DNA from: Glaucostegus cemiculus
Taxonomy: Eukaryota
NCBI GenBank assembly: GCA_976551045.1
Contig: CDPCPM010000180.1
Coordinates: 33,666,001 to 33,730,000, forward strand
Length of the DNA: 64,000 bases
Direction of reading: 5' to 3'
Shown one piece after another: positions 25,296 through 39,053 of this stretch; positions within the stretch are counted from its first letter, which is position 1; each line of letters starts with the position of its first letter. The position numbers and the translations under genes were made by a program. The notes beneath the pieces were generated by a model that was not told the DNA's origin, made no database searches, and worked only from the letters and a program-made list of their open reading frames with translations.

Positions 25296-27889
25296 GAGTG
25301 CTGCTCTGTGCAAAGTTAATGTTAATAAATGACAACGCTTTGGCATTGTTTAGGAGGGTGGGGGATGGTGCAGCAGAGAACTTGTCGGAATTGTACTTGC
25401 ACTGCTGTCTTTGTGAAATATGTTATACCTTTTGATGTAACTTGATAACAACTTGTGTAACAATATTGTATGAAGTCGCTCCAGTGCTAACTTAGCTTGT
25501 GGTTTCTTTTCAAAATTCTTAACCACTTAATGATTGCATGGGAATCTTTTATCAATAAGCTATACTTTGAGAACACTAATCATGTATTGTTTCGCATCTT
25601 TATTTCACCAGTATTAGCTTTTATGAACTGAATAATTGGTTTTATTTTTGGGCATCTTACCTACTGCATCACTACAGTGTCTAGTGAAAGAAGCACTAAA
25701 TTCAAAATACCAAAGTTTGAATAAATTATTGGCGGTTTCACTGTGACACCAATGCAAAAACTAACTGATTCCTACAGTAGGTGACCACATCTTGGTAAAA
25801 CTAAAAATGTCACTGGGAATGTAAGTTAATTTCATGATTTTACCATGGTTTAATAGATTGGCTGACTGACCATGTTTGTTTTTTTTAAATTTAAGTTTCC
25901 TTGTTCAGCTTTCAGCTCTTGAAAGCAGTGACATTTACTATGAAACGGTCCCATGGCACCGGCTGCCCTTTGCTACTTTGCCACTGTGTATGGGTCCACA
26001 CAGTAAGCGCCAGTGAACAAAGGTACAATGGTGGTGATCTTAGCTTTAAATCTATGACTGCTGTTTGTAACATTCTGACAGAATTTGCAGGCTTAGATTA
26101 GGAAACTGCATGAGTTGTGTCATTGTTAGTGTCTCATTGAGAACAACCACCTTTCCGTATCTTCACTACACAGCTGAGAGATAAAGCCCATGTCTTTTAA
26201 TCTTGTTCTCATTCTTATTACCTATTAATTTCTATGGCAGATATATTCATATTGATAAAATTAAAAGCTTGCAAATTATTCATAAGATTAACAACAACTT
26301 GACTGTTGATACCACTTTTTGAGCCGTATTGCAGATGAGAGACTGGGAAACAATGTGCTCATCCTATTAAGTGAATTCAACATTTTCATTTTGCTTCAGT
26401 TTGATTTTGCAGGAGTAATTAACAATTTTTTCCGTCCTGGTATTCTGCCAATTAAGTGTAATTCAGCCTCAGAGGTATATCAGATTATTACTTAAAGGGA
26501 AACTATTCTGTTCAAATTCTTGGTTGGCTATCATTTGAAGTGAAGTTTATACAGAGATGCAAATCTTGCAAGTTGAGACCCATCCCTCTTTTCTGCAGTG
26601 TTGGCACATTATCTAGGTTGGGCATTTCAACTCATTCTGATGCTATTTTTTTTTGTGTCACTCAATTTTTAAGCACAAGATAGAGATAGTCAAATATTGT
26701 GGCTAGTACTCAAAAATTAAAAGCAGTGATAAGAACATTTTATTGCAATCTATTCATTTTGTAAAGGGTAACTTTAATATCTTATGAGAAGGAAGCTGAA
26801 ATGAAAAATGCATTTAAGTAGTCAATCTGTGATTCAGAAATTGATCATACCACCCACTGCATCCTGGATCTTAAACCTGGTGCACAGATATGCAAGGAGA
26901 TATAACCATGGTGTGCAAGTAACTTTATCTCAGAATTGCTTTAATCTTGCTCTGCACCAATTGGCTAGAATTCCCTCTTCCCCTATTATGTTTATGCAAT
27001 TGTCCTTTAATTTGTTCCAGCCAGTCTTTACATAAGGCTTTCAAACCAAACTAAATGGATTTCCAAATAATGAAGTATCAAACAAAGGTGCTGGTCAGGC
27101 AGCAAATGTGTAGATCAAAACAAGAGTTTGGACTTCAGATCTTTCATTGGGACTGGAAAAGTTAAAGCTGTAACAGGTTTTGACCAGGAAGAAGAGGGGA
27201 GCAAGGACACTGGGATGATGCTGATGGCTTAAATGATAAGGAGGCTAAATGATAAAGGGGTTGAAGGGTGCAAGATGTTGAGAATGGATCATCTAAACAA
27301 TCAAAGAAGAGGTTTAATGGCATCAGCAAGCTTATTATCTAGAAAAAATGGGGTCAGTGGTTATGAAATGTAACTTTTAAACTTAGAGAGAAGACTGCAA
27401 GGCTGTAAAGAGCTTAATCAAGAAATGAGTCACTGCTCCACAAGCTTACATTGAGTGTTGTTGGAGCAGTGTACAAGGCCAAGGAAGGAGAAATTCAAAT
27501 GGGAACGGGACAGTGAATTAAAACTGCAGATTTGGAACTGACAAACATCATGGACTTAAATCTGTATGCATGCCTCTCCCCAGAAATGTGCAAGTAAGTC
27601 TAAGTGACAGCAAGGCATAGAGTTGCAGGCTTCATCTCTCAGCTGTGTGATGAAATTACTAATGAGCTGATTGCCTTGAAGGGAAAATGAAGAATGATGC
27701 AACTGGTCCTGATCCCTAAGACTATGACAAAATAGTCTTCGAGTCTATGGTTACCTTCCCCACTGATGTCTTCCCGATGTAGAGGAGACAGTATCACAAA
27801 CAATTGAACAAGGTTAAAATAAAATCACAATTTCACTGGGAAGCAGTGCTTGACTGTGGAAACAGAAGGAATAAAGGATCTGCTTTGCA

Positions 27890-28425
27890 TCACTTATAAC
27901 CATGGTATTTATGTGGCTGGTTCAGTTGACTGTTTGGTCAGTGGTGATCCCCGGGATATTGGTGGAGGACTCAGCAATGGTAATGTCATTGAATGTCAAG
28001 GATAGGTAGTTAGGTTCTTTCTTGTTGGAGTTGTCCATAGCCTGGTACTTTTATAGTGTGAACGTTTACTTGCCACTTAACAGTCCTAGTGTGAATGTTG
28101 TCCAGGTCAGCAGACATAGGCTATTTCACTTGCTGATGAACAATCTCCACTTTTGACTTTATGATGGCAAAAAAGGTCATTGATGAAGATGGTTGTGCCT
28201 GGAACACTGCCCTGAGGAATTCCTGCAGTGATGTTTTGGGGCTGGGATGAATGACCTCGAACAACCAGAACTGTCTTCCCTTGTGCGAGGTATGACTCCA
28301 AGTGGAGTGCCTTCCCCTTGATGCCAAATGACCTCCATTTTATCAGGACTCCCTGACGCCACATTCGGTCATTTGTTGCCTTACTATCAAGGGCAGTCAC
28401 TGTGGCCTCTTCTCTGACAATTTGG
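27890..28425 (-). mobile_element. Old LINE RT fragment (CR1/L2 group)
   Basis: ITAGIPQGSVPGTTIFINDL peptide; heavily decayed. Confidence 0.6.
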
Positions 28426-29724
28426 GATGTGTTTGTGTGAGAGGGGATGAGTGAGTGTCAGAGCTCTGTGTGAGCATGGGTCTACTACTGAAGTTCTTAT
28501 CAATGTGCTTTTTCCTGTTTCATTGATCTTGGCCAAACAAGGTCACCATGCCACGTGGCACGGAGACCAGGTCCTCAAGGATCATTAATGCCATCTCCTC
28601 CACCATTATTTAAGCCCTCGTTAGCTTCCTGGGCTCCATAACATGCAGGACCGTGCTCCACCAAGATCTGCAGTCTGGTGTCAGTGAAGCTGGATACTGC
28701 TCATGTGCTAAGATAGTGGTGTCAGTGCATCCTGAACAGATTCGGTGTTCATTTTCCTCTTCACCTCTTCAGAGATACAGATATGTTATCAGTTAGCACT
28801 TTAATTTCAACAGCTTGCAGTTCTCCTGACATCACATGACAGGGAAAACGCTGTGATTGCTGCTGCTTAAGTAAGTCCTTGCAGGTGGTGTGTGGACAAA
28901 CTCAGACAGATCCCACACTATAACGTTTTAGAGCATTCTTTCGTATCCAAATGTATGTCTTGGTCCAGCAACGCAATCATATAAGTAACTGCCAACGTGA
29001 GAAAATGCATGAAAAACCTATTGCTTTGGTGTTCACTGGTGTAGAATTTATTGAATAGAAACAATCAATTTTGATACTTTTTTGTTGATGAATAATTCTC
29101 TTAATTTGAATGGAACTAGTTTGGTTTTTTTTACAAACATGTTCCAGAACATGCTCCTGTTTCCAAGTGGGCCAATACTAATCACTTTAGTTTATGTACA
29201 TCTTTTTAAAAAAAGTTGCAACCACTGGCAATGAAAGGTAAATTTCAGAAGGTAGTGTGAAGGCATCTTTTATTTATCCAAGTTTACCAAGGGATGGGAA
29301 TATCCTGGCCTCCTGTGCTATTTGACCTCCTGTTTCCTAGGAACATGAGGTTGTTACAGGAGAATGTTTAAAAGTTGTCATACATTAAACATACCTCCTT
29401 TAGAGTGCAAGGACATGACAGCATTCCAGTGACAATTTGCAGCCATCTGTCCTTTCGTGCTAAGCTAACGAAAGGCCTTTGTACCATCAAAGGCTGTTGC
29501 CACTGAACTGAATTTAACTTTAAGATTTATTGTATTTGATTTGGAAACATACCCTGAATACTTTGAATCTTGCCGTGACTCTTTGTAATGAGCAGTTTAG
29601 AGAATGGAGTCCTTTAAAGTATTCACCCTAAATCTCTTTTATTCCTATGGAATAAAGTTGGTACTGGAAAGTGCCTTAGATTTTTTTCTGGGGAATTCTT
29701 TCCTACATCAGGCTGCAACATTTG

Positions 29725-31650
29725 GTACAGATGCGAGTGCCCATTGCTACACGCTTAGTCTGTAAAAAAAAAAGAGAGGAATTGAAAGAAAAGTTGCTTA
29801 GGGTGAGGACAAGTTCAGCCAGGTGGAGGAGAGTGTTAGTAGAAGGGGACTGGTTCTGTCTCTGGTCAAGAAAGAAGCGGAGGGCGGTGACGTTGTCATG
29901 ATGGGGAATGGAGGTACATAGGGACTGGACGTCCATGATGAAGATGAAGTTGTGCGTGCCAGAGAACTTGAAGTTATGGGAGAGTTGGAGAGCATGTTAG
30001 GTGTCACAGATGTAGGTGAGAAGGGATTGGACCAGGGGACAGAATAGTGTCCATGTATGAGGATACGAGCTCAGTGGGGTAAGAGCGCGCAGAGATAATA
30101 GGTCTGTCGGGATAGTCCTTCCTGTGGATTTTGGGGAGAAGATAGAAGCGGGCAGTCATAAGTTGCAGGACCAACATGTCGGTAACTGTGGGATGGGGGG
30201 GGGGGAGGAGATCTCCCAAGGTGATGAGGTCAGTGATAGTACAGGAGATAATGTCCTGGTAGTCCTCGGTGGGGTCATGGCCCAGGGGTAGTTAGGAGGA
30301 ATTGTTCGAGAGTTGGCATCTGACTTCTGTAAGGTAGAGGTCAGAACGCCAGACAACCACCTTTGTCAGCTGTTTTGATGACTGCATCAGGGTTGGTGCG
30401 GTGGGCGTGGAGATTCCAAACCTACTCTGGCTACCTGCCCACCAACGTCTTCTTCAAACCCACTGATGCCCACAGCTACCTTGATGACAGCTCCTCCCAC
30501 CCTGTCTCTTGCACGGATGCTATCCCTTTCTCTCAATTTCTCTGCCTCAGCCACATCTGCTCCCATGATGAGGTTTTCCACTCCAGGGCATCAGAGATGT
30601 CCAACTTCTTTATTAACCAGGGCTTCCCTCCTACTGAGAGAGCTTGTACCTGCATCTCTGCCATTTCCAACACCTCTGTTCTCACCCCCACCCCTCCCAG
30701 ACCCAACAGGGATAGGGTCCCCCTTGTCCTCACATTTCATCCTACCAGCCTACATATCCAACACATCATTCTCTGCTACATCCGCCATCTCCATCAGGAC
30801 ACTACAAATCATAACTTCCCCTCCCCGCCCCTTTCTGCCTTTCATAGGGACCACTCTCTCCATGACTCCCTAGTTCACTCCTCCCACCCTGGGGACTTTC
30901 CACTGCCCTTGCGATGGGTGCAACACCTGCCCCTACACCACATCCATCACCTCCATCCAAGGACCCAAATGGTCCTTCCAGGTGAGGCAGAGATTCACCT
31001 TCTCCTCCCTTGATATCATCTACTGCATTCGGTGCTCCAAGTGTGGCCACCTCTACATTGGCAAGACCAAATGCAGACTAAGTGACTGTTTGGTAGAACA
31101 CCTACGCTCCATCCGTAACTGTGATTTGCCTCTTCTGGCTGCCAGTCATTTCAACTTCCCCTCCATCACAGATATGTCAGTCCTCAGACTCCTCCACTGC
31201 CAGGAGAAATCCAAATGCAAACTGGTGGAACAACACCTCATTTTCCATCTGGGGACCTTGCAGTCTAAGGGGGTGAATATCGAATTCTTGTACTTTAAAC
31301 AAGCCAACCCCTCCCACCACCACCGTGCCTCTTTTCTTCCCTTTCCTAGCCTCTCCCTTTCTTCTCCTCGCCCTTCACTCCCCCTCCCTCTCCCCCCATG
31401 CCACCTGCCTCCATACCTTTGACCCATCCCCTGATTGATCTGCTCTCCCCTTCTCCCCCGCCTATCATCACCTTGTGCCCACCCCACCTCCCCTCTTTTG
31501 TCCACCTATCACTGCTTTATTTTCCCCCCTATACATTAGGCTTTCTTTTTTCCCATCTTCAGTCCTGAAGAAGGGTCCTGACCCAAGACATTGACCATCT
31601 GCTTTTCTCCACAAGTGCTGCCTAACCTGCTGAGTTCCTCCAGCAAATAG
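29725..31650. mobile_element. Penelope-like element with inverted 5' RT segment (minus, about 29725-30410) and thumb, GIY-YIG and 3' UTR (plus, about 30420-31650)
   Basis: Minus strand: VIKTADKGG, ARFYLLPKIH, RPIISA, MDVQSLCTSIPH, VAMGTR. Plus strand: FFKPTDAHSYL, SHP..AIPFSQFL, RVPLVLTFHP, IIYCIRCSKCGHLYIGKTKCRL..EH. Confidence 0.88.
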
Positions 31651-33037
31651 TGACATTAATTGTGTGCTCCCAGAACAGTGCACGCCACACACACGTAATG
31701 AAGCCAATAGGAGGGCCATGGAAAATCAGTCATCCTGCCTCTCTCTGTTGGTGCCAAGCCACCAATCACAGGCACACAGGCTGCTCGGTGACGGACACAT
31801 TTGTCCAACTTGCAACGTAGCTGAGGCAGATTTTGAAATGGAGGGACCAATCAGAATCTTACATTTTAAAACAATTCATCACCAGATTTGGCAAAACAAT
31901 GCCACAGAAGCTACTTGCATCTGGTTTGTTCCCATCACATTAGGCAAAGTCAAAATCTTTTTTAAAAAAGTTAGCTAGAACTGTCTGTGAAGGGAGCAGT
32001 GTTATTTTTTCAGCCAGTTGCAGATCTCAAGAGAACAATACCTTCGAACTAAACTCAGTATTATTCCTATCAAGAATCAGTCTTCAGATAACTTGGTCTA
32101 TCGATAACCAGTTTCATATTGTAACCTTAAAGAGGCACAACTCTACTTTAGTAGTCAAACAGTAATGTGCATTTATTGGCATTGCTTTGCAACTGTGTGT
32201 AGGCATACTGTGGCCCTGCTTGGATAAGGGAGTCCAGTGGAATGCCTGCTTTGAAACAAGGATTGCAACATTCAGTCCATAGCAGATGCTTGAGGTCGCC
32301 ACGTACTATCTTCCTTTCAAACAGACCACTACCTTTTGTTGTAATGCATTATATCCCACGATGTAGCAGTGGTTACATGAATGGAGCAGAGCAACCACCA
32401 CCTACAAAACTGCCTTGCAAACCTTATGCCACTTATCAAAATTCTCAGGATTCTTCAATGCTTCTAAATCTCCCTAATATTCAGAAACATTCAAAATAAA
32501 ATAAACATCATTAAAAATACTTAGAATTTTTTGAAAAATAAAAGCACTTCAAAATATTCCACTTTTGAAAAATATGCAGCTTACCTTATTCTTGCTTTGC
32601 ATTGTTGCAGCTATAAAGCCCCCATTGTAATGACTGAGCTCCCGGATCCCACTGATTCCAGGTCTTTTTGATTTTCGCTGACCTGGTGCAGAATTTATGA
32701 GACATAAGTGCTGGGGAGTGTCAGAAAGTTCATCCATCCAGTGCATCAATGCAGCACACTGAAAGATTTTGACTTCTGCATTCAGTATGCATGTGTCATG
32801 TCCCAAACTTACTGGAGTGTACCCAGGCAAATAGTGGCTGATTCACAGAGAACTGCTGGCATTTCCCAGCAAAGGTGTCACTTACAGACAATGCAAGCAA
32901 GCCTACCTGGTTATTATTCTTGCTGGAGCAGGCCTGTCTTTCAGAAACTGATATTGTGCATACACTCTTTCAGTTCAACACAAAAGGGCTCATGACACTA
33001 TTCAAAGAATAGGAGGGTCAAAGTTGTGATCCTGGTA

Positions 33038-33600
33038 ACTTTTTTATTTCAAAAATAAGTTTTATTCGTAATAAAAAAGTATATATAAAAGAATAAAGTG
33101 CAAAACGACTTTCATTCATGGTCAATACATTCAGCAGTGTTAACTTAGTTTTTAAACCGTAGCACCATTGCCACTTATGTGGCCCCCTGGGGTGATACAC
33201 CATTTCAATATTTGAGGGGAATTCCCACCTGACTCAGCCCCTCCACATGCGGTAGGGGAAGTCTATGGTCCTTCCCCACAAAACCTTTGCATTGGCTGCA
33301 CCGAGATTCAGTGCATCCCTTAGCATGTACTCCTGCAGCCTGGAATGTGCAATTCATTAGCATTCCCTTACATCTCACTGTGCTGGAAGACCATCAAGTT
33401 ATGGACAGACTAATGGGCGTCTTTCTCCGAGTTGATGATCTTCCAGCAGCATTCAGTCTGTCTCGGTGTGTGCCCCTGGGAACAACCCACAGATCAGAAA
33501 GTCCTCTGTTATGCAGCTGCTGGGGATGAACCAACCCGCATCCTTCTTCACACTCTCTTAGCAAATCTAAAGTCTGCAAAGAGGTGAGTGACCGTCTCTT
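33038..33600 (-). mobile_element. L1/Tx1-like LINE 3' end, decayed
   Basis: T-rich (poly-A on minus) end with AATAAA followed by decayed coding-like sequence; family assignment from recalled similarity only. Confidence 0.45.
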
Positions 33601-35571
33601 CCCCACCTCAGCTGTCCCAACATCAGTAAAACACATCAGATCGTCACTTGTTGGTGAGACCTTGTAATATGTATACTGTATTGTCTTGTTTCCCTTCATT
33701 ATAATGGTGACTGGACTTCAAAAGCATCTCATGACCTACCTGGTTTGGAACATTCTAATGTCACGTAAATGGAAGTCCCTCTTTTAATGTTAACCAGTTT
33801 GCTACAGAGTACCAGCTGAAGCTGAAAGGTCAGGTGTGGGACCTCCTGCTTCAGACTTTTGATGCTTTACCTCTCCTCACTCTGCTCTGGTTATGATCAG
33901 TCATGTTTTAGTGTGGTGACAGGGACACACTGAGCCTGCCAGTGCAAACTGCTTTCCTTGATGCTGTAACCCAGAAAGGGAGCCCAGCGATCTGTGCTTT
34001 TGGGAAGTCATCATGCTGGTTGTAGAGAAATATTTTGTCAATTGCAGTGGGACAAATTTATTGGATAATTTGATCTAAAGGAGAAACTGCACTGTGAATT
34101 TAGTGGAGTAAAATTTGCATGGATCCAAACTTGATGGGTGTGAGAGTGTCTACATTACTGGGTAACGTGGCCCATTTGCCATAAGACTTCATGGATAATC
34201 TTGTAGAACTAAGTAATTGTAATAAGTGTTCACAATCTGTTGAATGACATGCAGGTGGCTTTTATTTTTAAAAATTCTGCAAATCTTTAAATGGTAGGAC
34301 CATGACTGCATGGGCTAAATTTCTGTAATGTGCTGTAATTATCGTGAGCTTTTGTGATTGGTTGTTCCTGTTCCTGCTCACTGATCTAACCTTTTCCAGT
34401 GCAGGGCCATGCTGTAACAAAAACACTCAGCAAGTCAGGCAGCATCTGTGGAAAGAGAAAAAGGAAAGGCCATTCATCAACAGTTTCTCTGTTGATGAAT
34501 GGCCTTTAACCTTAAACATTAACTCTTCACCTCTTTCCACAAATGCTGCCTGACCTGCTGAGTGATTTGAGCATTTTGTCTTTATTTCAGATGTCCAGTA
34601 TCTGCAGTTTCTTAATTTTCATTTGCATTGGCATTTAGTCCAGTTAATCCCAGTTGTTGTATTACATGCAAGGATGAGAACAGACCAATATTCCAGATTT
34701 GAGCAAGTTTAAAAATGTGATCTAATTGCTAGCATGACAGCATTAAAAAAATGATACCTGTAGGCACAGTTGACTGCTTTAGATATTACAAATGTTTAGA
34801 AACTTATTGGAGTTGGATAGCAATTATGTGTCAACTTTTCAATAGTGTGGGCTAGTGTATAGGAACAGTGATTATGTTGTATTTTTTCTGTGATCTGCAC
34901 AAACTCAGCTTTTATCACCGGCTTTTTTTGCAAAAGCATACATTTCCAGAAAGCATTTTTTCTGGATTAAAGTGAGGCAATCTTGCAACGAGCAGTGCCT
35001 GAGGCTAATGGTAGAGGTGATCAGCGATGGATTTAGATGACTGGATTTTTGACCATGTGTGAGATCATTAAACTTCCTGTGACACTGCATCTCTGTCCTT
35101 GGGAATTGACTCCTTGTGTTGACCTCCACTTTCTCTCTCCCTCCAGTGCCAGTTGACTGCTGGTTGATTATGTACCAATGTGTTTCCTGACTCTGAAGAT
35201 GGGGGACCTCACTCCCCCCCAGCCTTGCCCAACAAGGCCGCCAAGAAAATCAGAGTGCCTAATTGTGTCCCTTCCAGCATCACCACCAATTACATCCACA
35301 AAGCATGTCTCTTTAAGAGGTCTTGGAATGGCTTTGAACACAAGTTGCATTAAGCTGGGTGCCATTCAGTTAAAGCCGGATGCTGTGGGTGTGCACTGAG
35401 ACCATAGGCTGCCTTGGCTGGTGACTTGGGCCATGACAATAAGGTTGCAGCACAGTTTTTTTTTTAATTTGTGATCCCCACAAATTCCTAGAGTTGCTTG
35501 CACATCAAGGGTTATTCTTGCAGTGCTTGCAAACTTACCCCTCCAGTCACGACCTTGTTGTAGTTTTTCAA

Positions 35572-35901
35572 ATAGAACATAGAACACTATAGGACAGTAC
35601 CAGCCCTTCGGCCCACAATGTTGTGCCGACATTTTATTCTACTCTAAGATTTAACCCTTCCCTCTCACATAGCCCCCTATTTTTCTATCATTCATGTGTC
35701 TATCTGAGAGTCTCTTAAATGTCCCTAATGTATCTGCCCCCACAACCTCTGCAGGCAGTGCATCCCACGCACCCACTGCTCTCTGTGTAAAAATAAACTT
35801 ACCTCTGACATCCCGCTTATACTTTCCTCCAATCCAGTGGCTAACACAAGGGGGCTTAAAATTATGCCCCCTTGTGTTAGCCATTGTTGCCCTGGGAAAA
35901 A
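35572..35901 (-). mobile_element. CR1 LINE 3' fragment carrying an internal inverted duplication
   Basis: TQRAVGAWDALPAEVVGADTLGTFKR peptide; tail (TAGAACA)n; homologous to 17640-17945. Confidence 0.85.
35835..35886. repeat. Inverted repeat, 21-bp arms, 10-nt loop, 1 mismatch
   Basis: CAGTGGCTAACACAAGGGGGC-TTAAAATTAT-GCCCCCTTGTGTTAGCCATTG. Confidence 0.93.
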
Positions 35902-37447
35902 TAGCTGCAACTAAATCAAAAACTGAGCAGGATTCTACCCCCACCAGCCTCCCCCCCCCCCCCTCAGCTGCCATGTGCTAAGTGTTTCATGCCCATTTTT
36001 TTGATGAACAGATTCTTGGCTGTGAACACAAATTAACCAGATGTTTCAAGGTTTCTGTTGTGAGAATGCACAGGAATAGCCAGGTTGCTGCACTGTGGCT
36101 ATGCAAACAGGACAGTGAATTAAAATAACTAAAATTACTGATTACAATTAGAAACAACCAAATTTATAGTTTGTTTTGATGTGCAAATGTAATCGAAAGA
36201 AAGAGACCTTCATGTGTGATGGAACAGACATTGTGTCTCAGATTTATCTTCCTAATGAACAGTAATGGTTCTTCTACTGACTGAACAATGAAAGTACATT
36301 TTTCTTTCTGAAAGCCAGGCTCTTGCCAAACATCTGTTGTCCTGGTCAGTCATTTTAAACTCAGTCATTGTGTTTGCTTGACTGATTATAATGTTCTGTG
36401 AATAATGGAATATAAATAGGATACAGAAAAGAAAATGATGGATAAATGGCTTTGGAAGGGTGTAGAGAGAAAACATGATGATTCTTTCTCCCCGTTACCA
36501 CTTCCAAGTTTAATAAAAGCATGAGAATTAGTAAGAGAAGTAGGCCATTTGGCCCTTCGAGTCTGCTCTTTCATTCATCAAGATCGTGGCAGAATCACTC
36601 AACATGGTATCCACACCTCCACAGTATTGTAATGAATGGCATCAAAAGCACATAAGACTGATAAGAAAGAATAATTACTAAACGTGGAGAGAGAAACTAG
36701 TCCTGCCGCTCGTAGGAACAAATGTATGTATGTATGTCAGACTTTAGAATTCAGTAATATTATGGGAGCTCATTTATATGCAGGGGTGTCCATAAATCGG
36801 GCATTTGTAACCCAGGGAGTCTACTGCTGAAGTTTGGTTCCATCAAAGCCAATGGTGCATTTTGTTTTGCAAGGGCAGTACTCCACCAGCAGGGCTGCTA
36901 CAATGAAACATTAGCAGAAGTGACTGAGAATAAATTTTCTTCCCTCTTCACTTTTTTAAGAACTTTAATGTGTATGAGCAATGCACCATTGTAATGAAAT
37001 GATCGGCATGGATGGCATGCAAAACAAGTTTTTCACTGTACCTCGGTACATGTGGCAATAATAAACCAATTTACTGTTTCCAAAGCTGATACTAAACATT
37101 GAAATTTACAAGAATCTCTTCCCTGCCTCAAATATTGTGAATTTTATTGGGTGATGTCACCTTTATTGGGGAGGTTTTGTGATCCTTCCTCTGTCAGCTC
37201 CATTATGACGTCTAGCCACCAATTATCTGCATTTGTTTTTAGTACTTTTACTAAGTGTTAAATCCTGATTAAACAAGTAAATCCTGCTCAATACTGTGCT
37301 TTACACAATGTGTTAATTGGCCAAGCAAGTTTTAATTTAAATTGGCATCATGAAGAGTTTATCAGGTAACATAAAGACAATAATGTTTCTTAGTATTAGT
37401 ACACTGTAGCTGTCAAATAGATGACTCTTCATTTTCTCCACTTTCAG

Positions 37448-37572
37448 ATGCCGGATCAGTTTGACCAAACAGTGGTTTTAAATCAGTTGAGATATTCAGG
37501 GATGCTAGAAACTGTGAAAATACGACAAGCTGGCTTCCCAGTCAGGAGACACTTCCAGGACTTTTACAAAAG
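37448..37572 (+). CDS. MYO10: MYO10 exon (SH1/SH2; starts at the Met equivalent to the headless-isoform start): [42 protein letters not shown]
   Basis: ctttcag|ATG acceptor, AG|gtatta donor; 125 nt. Confidence 0.96.
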
Positions 37573-38399
37573 GTATTACTTGTAAATTAAGATTAATGCA
37601 TGCTGCTGCTTCATCATATTCTCTCATTTTTATCATATTCTCATTTTTTAATGACAGTGTGAGGTCATTTGCCCCACTGAGTATATGCTGCCCCTTAAAA
37701 CAATGCCATCAATCCCATTCCCCCACTTATTTGGCTATACCCTATTCTCTTTCAACTGCCCATCAAGTCGCCTCCCTGATTCTCTTACCAATTACACTAG
37801 GGGTAATATACAATGGAATATTAGCCCATCAACCAGCACATACTGTGGAAGGAAGCCCGTACAGCCACAAGGAGAACGTGCAAACTCCATAAAGACAACA
37901 CCCAGAGGTCAGAATGGAACCAGGGACAATGGAGCTGTGAGGCAACAGCTCTGTTAGCTGCACTATAATTAATAACTTACTACATGTTTTGGAAATGTAT
38001 TCCATAGACTGGTACCTTAGCTGACCCCAAAAGAAAGTCACTTGTTCAACAGTAAACCAAATTGGCCCATCGCATCCTATCGTGCAATGGTATCCCTAAC
38101 ATAGCAAGGATTACCCACTGCCTCTTGGGAACAGTATCAGATAAAACTTGGTGATGATAGACATTGCCAAAGAGGTGAAAGGTGTTAGAATGAAGTCCCT
38201 CCATCTACCTGTTCAGTATAACTGGAAGTACTACCACGACACCTTGCAAAGTAAGTTTAATAAAACACTGTTTAAAGCTTGTGAGGCAAGTGTTGCTGAT
38301 GATTGCAAGTGATGATATTTCCCTGTCAAGAAAAAAATGAATTTTGGAGCATAGGTTATCACATGTCAGTCTACAGAGTTTGACCATCCGCAGGCAACA

Positions 38400-38645
38400 A
38401 AATGCAGACAGTGCTGAGCACTGCCTCGCAGTTCCAGAAACCTAGATTCAATCTTGACCTCTGGTGCTGTCTGTGTGGAGTTGACACATTCTCCGTGTGC
38501 TTACATGGGTTTCCTCCATGTGCTCCGATTTCCTCCCACATCCCAAAGACATGCAGGTTGACTAAAATGAGATTAGTGTAAATGGTACTTGACAGTCGGC
38601 ATCGACTCAATGGGCCAAAGGGCCTGTTTCGTGCTCTGTGACTCT
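38400..38645 (+). mobile_element. V-SINE with CR1-type tail
   Basis: V-domain GGGTTTCCTCCATGTGCTCCGATTTCCTCCCACATCCCAAAGAC and tail GGGCCTGTTTCGTGCTCTGTGACTCT; older relatives at about 12040-12410, 15590-15790, 37790-37965, 41950-42350 and 53610-54180. Confidence 0.75.
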
Positions 38646-39053
38646 GTTTACCTTGTGAACTGTAGTTCAGTGTATCTGTTTTGAAATCAAAGGATCTTTC
38701 TATTTTCAGATTATTTAATTCATGTAGTAGATCATGAACTCCATAAGGAGCCACAATTTCTCAACAATGTTGATGCCAGTCTTATAAGTACAAATAAGAT
38801 TTGCTGTTTTTTTGAGAAGCAAAAGCCAACATTGATAGGAAAGAGGCATATTTTGGGAAAACAGCTTTAACCTGTACCCGCTGTGAGAACGTGGCAATCA
38901 TCTCAGTTGTCTGGCGTAAGGGCGAAACAGAGAACCCAACTAATAATGCCCCACTCCTCTTGTCACAATCAGGATGTCCTTCAATATTCTAGTAAGATTT
39001 CAGGATGATGTACTGGGGAAAAAGCAGTGTTTATTTGATTTTTTTCTCTTCAG

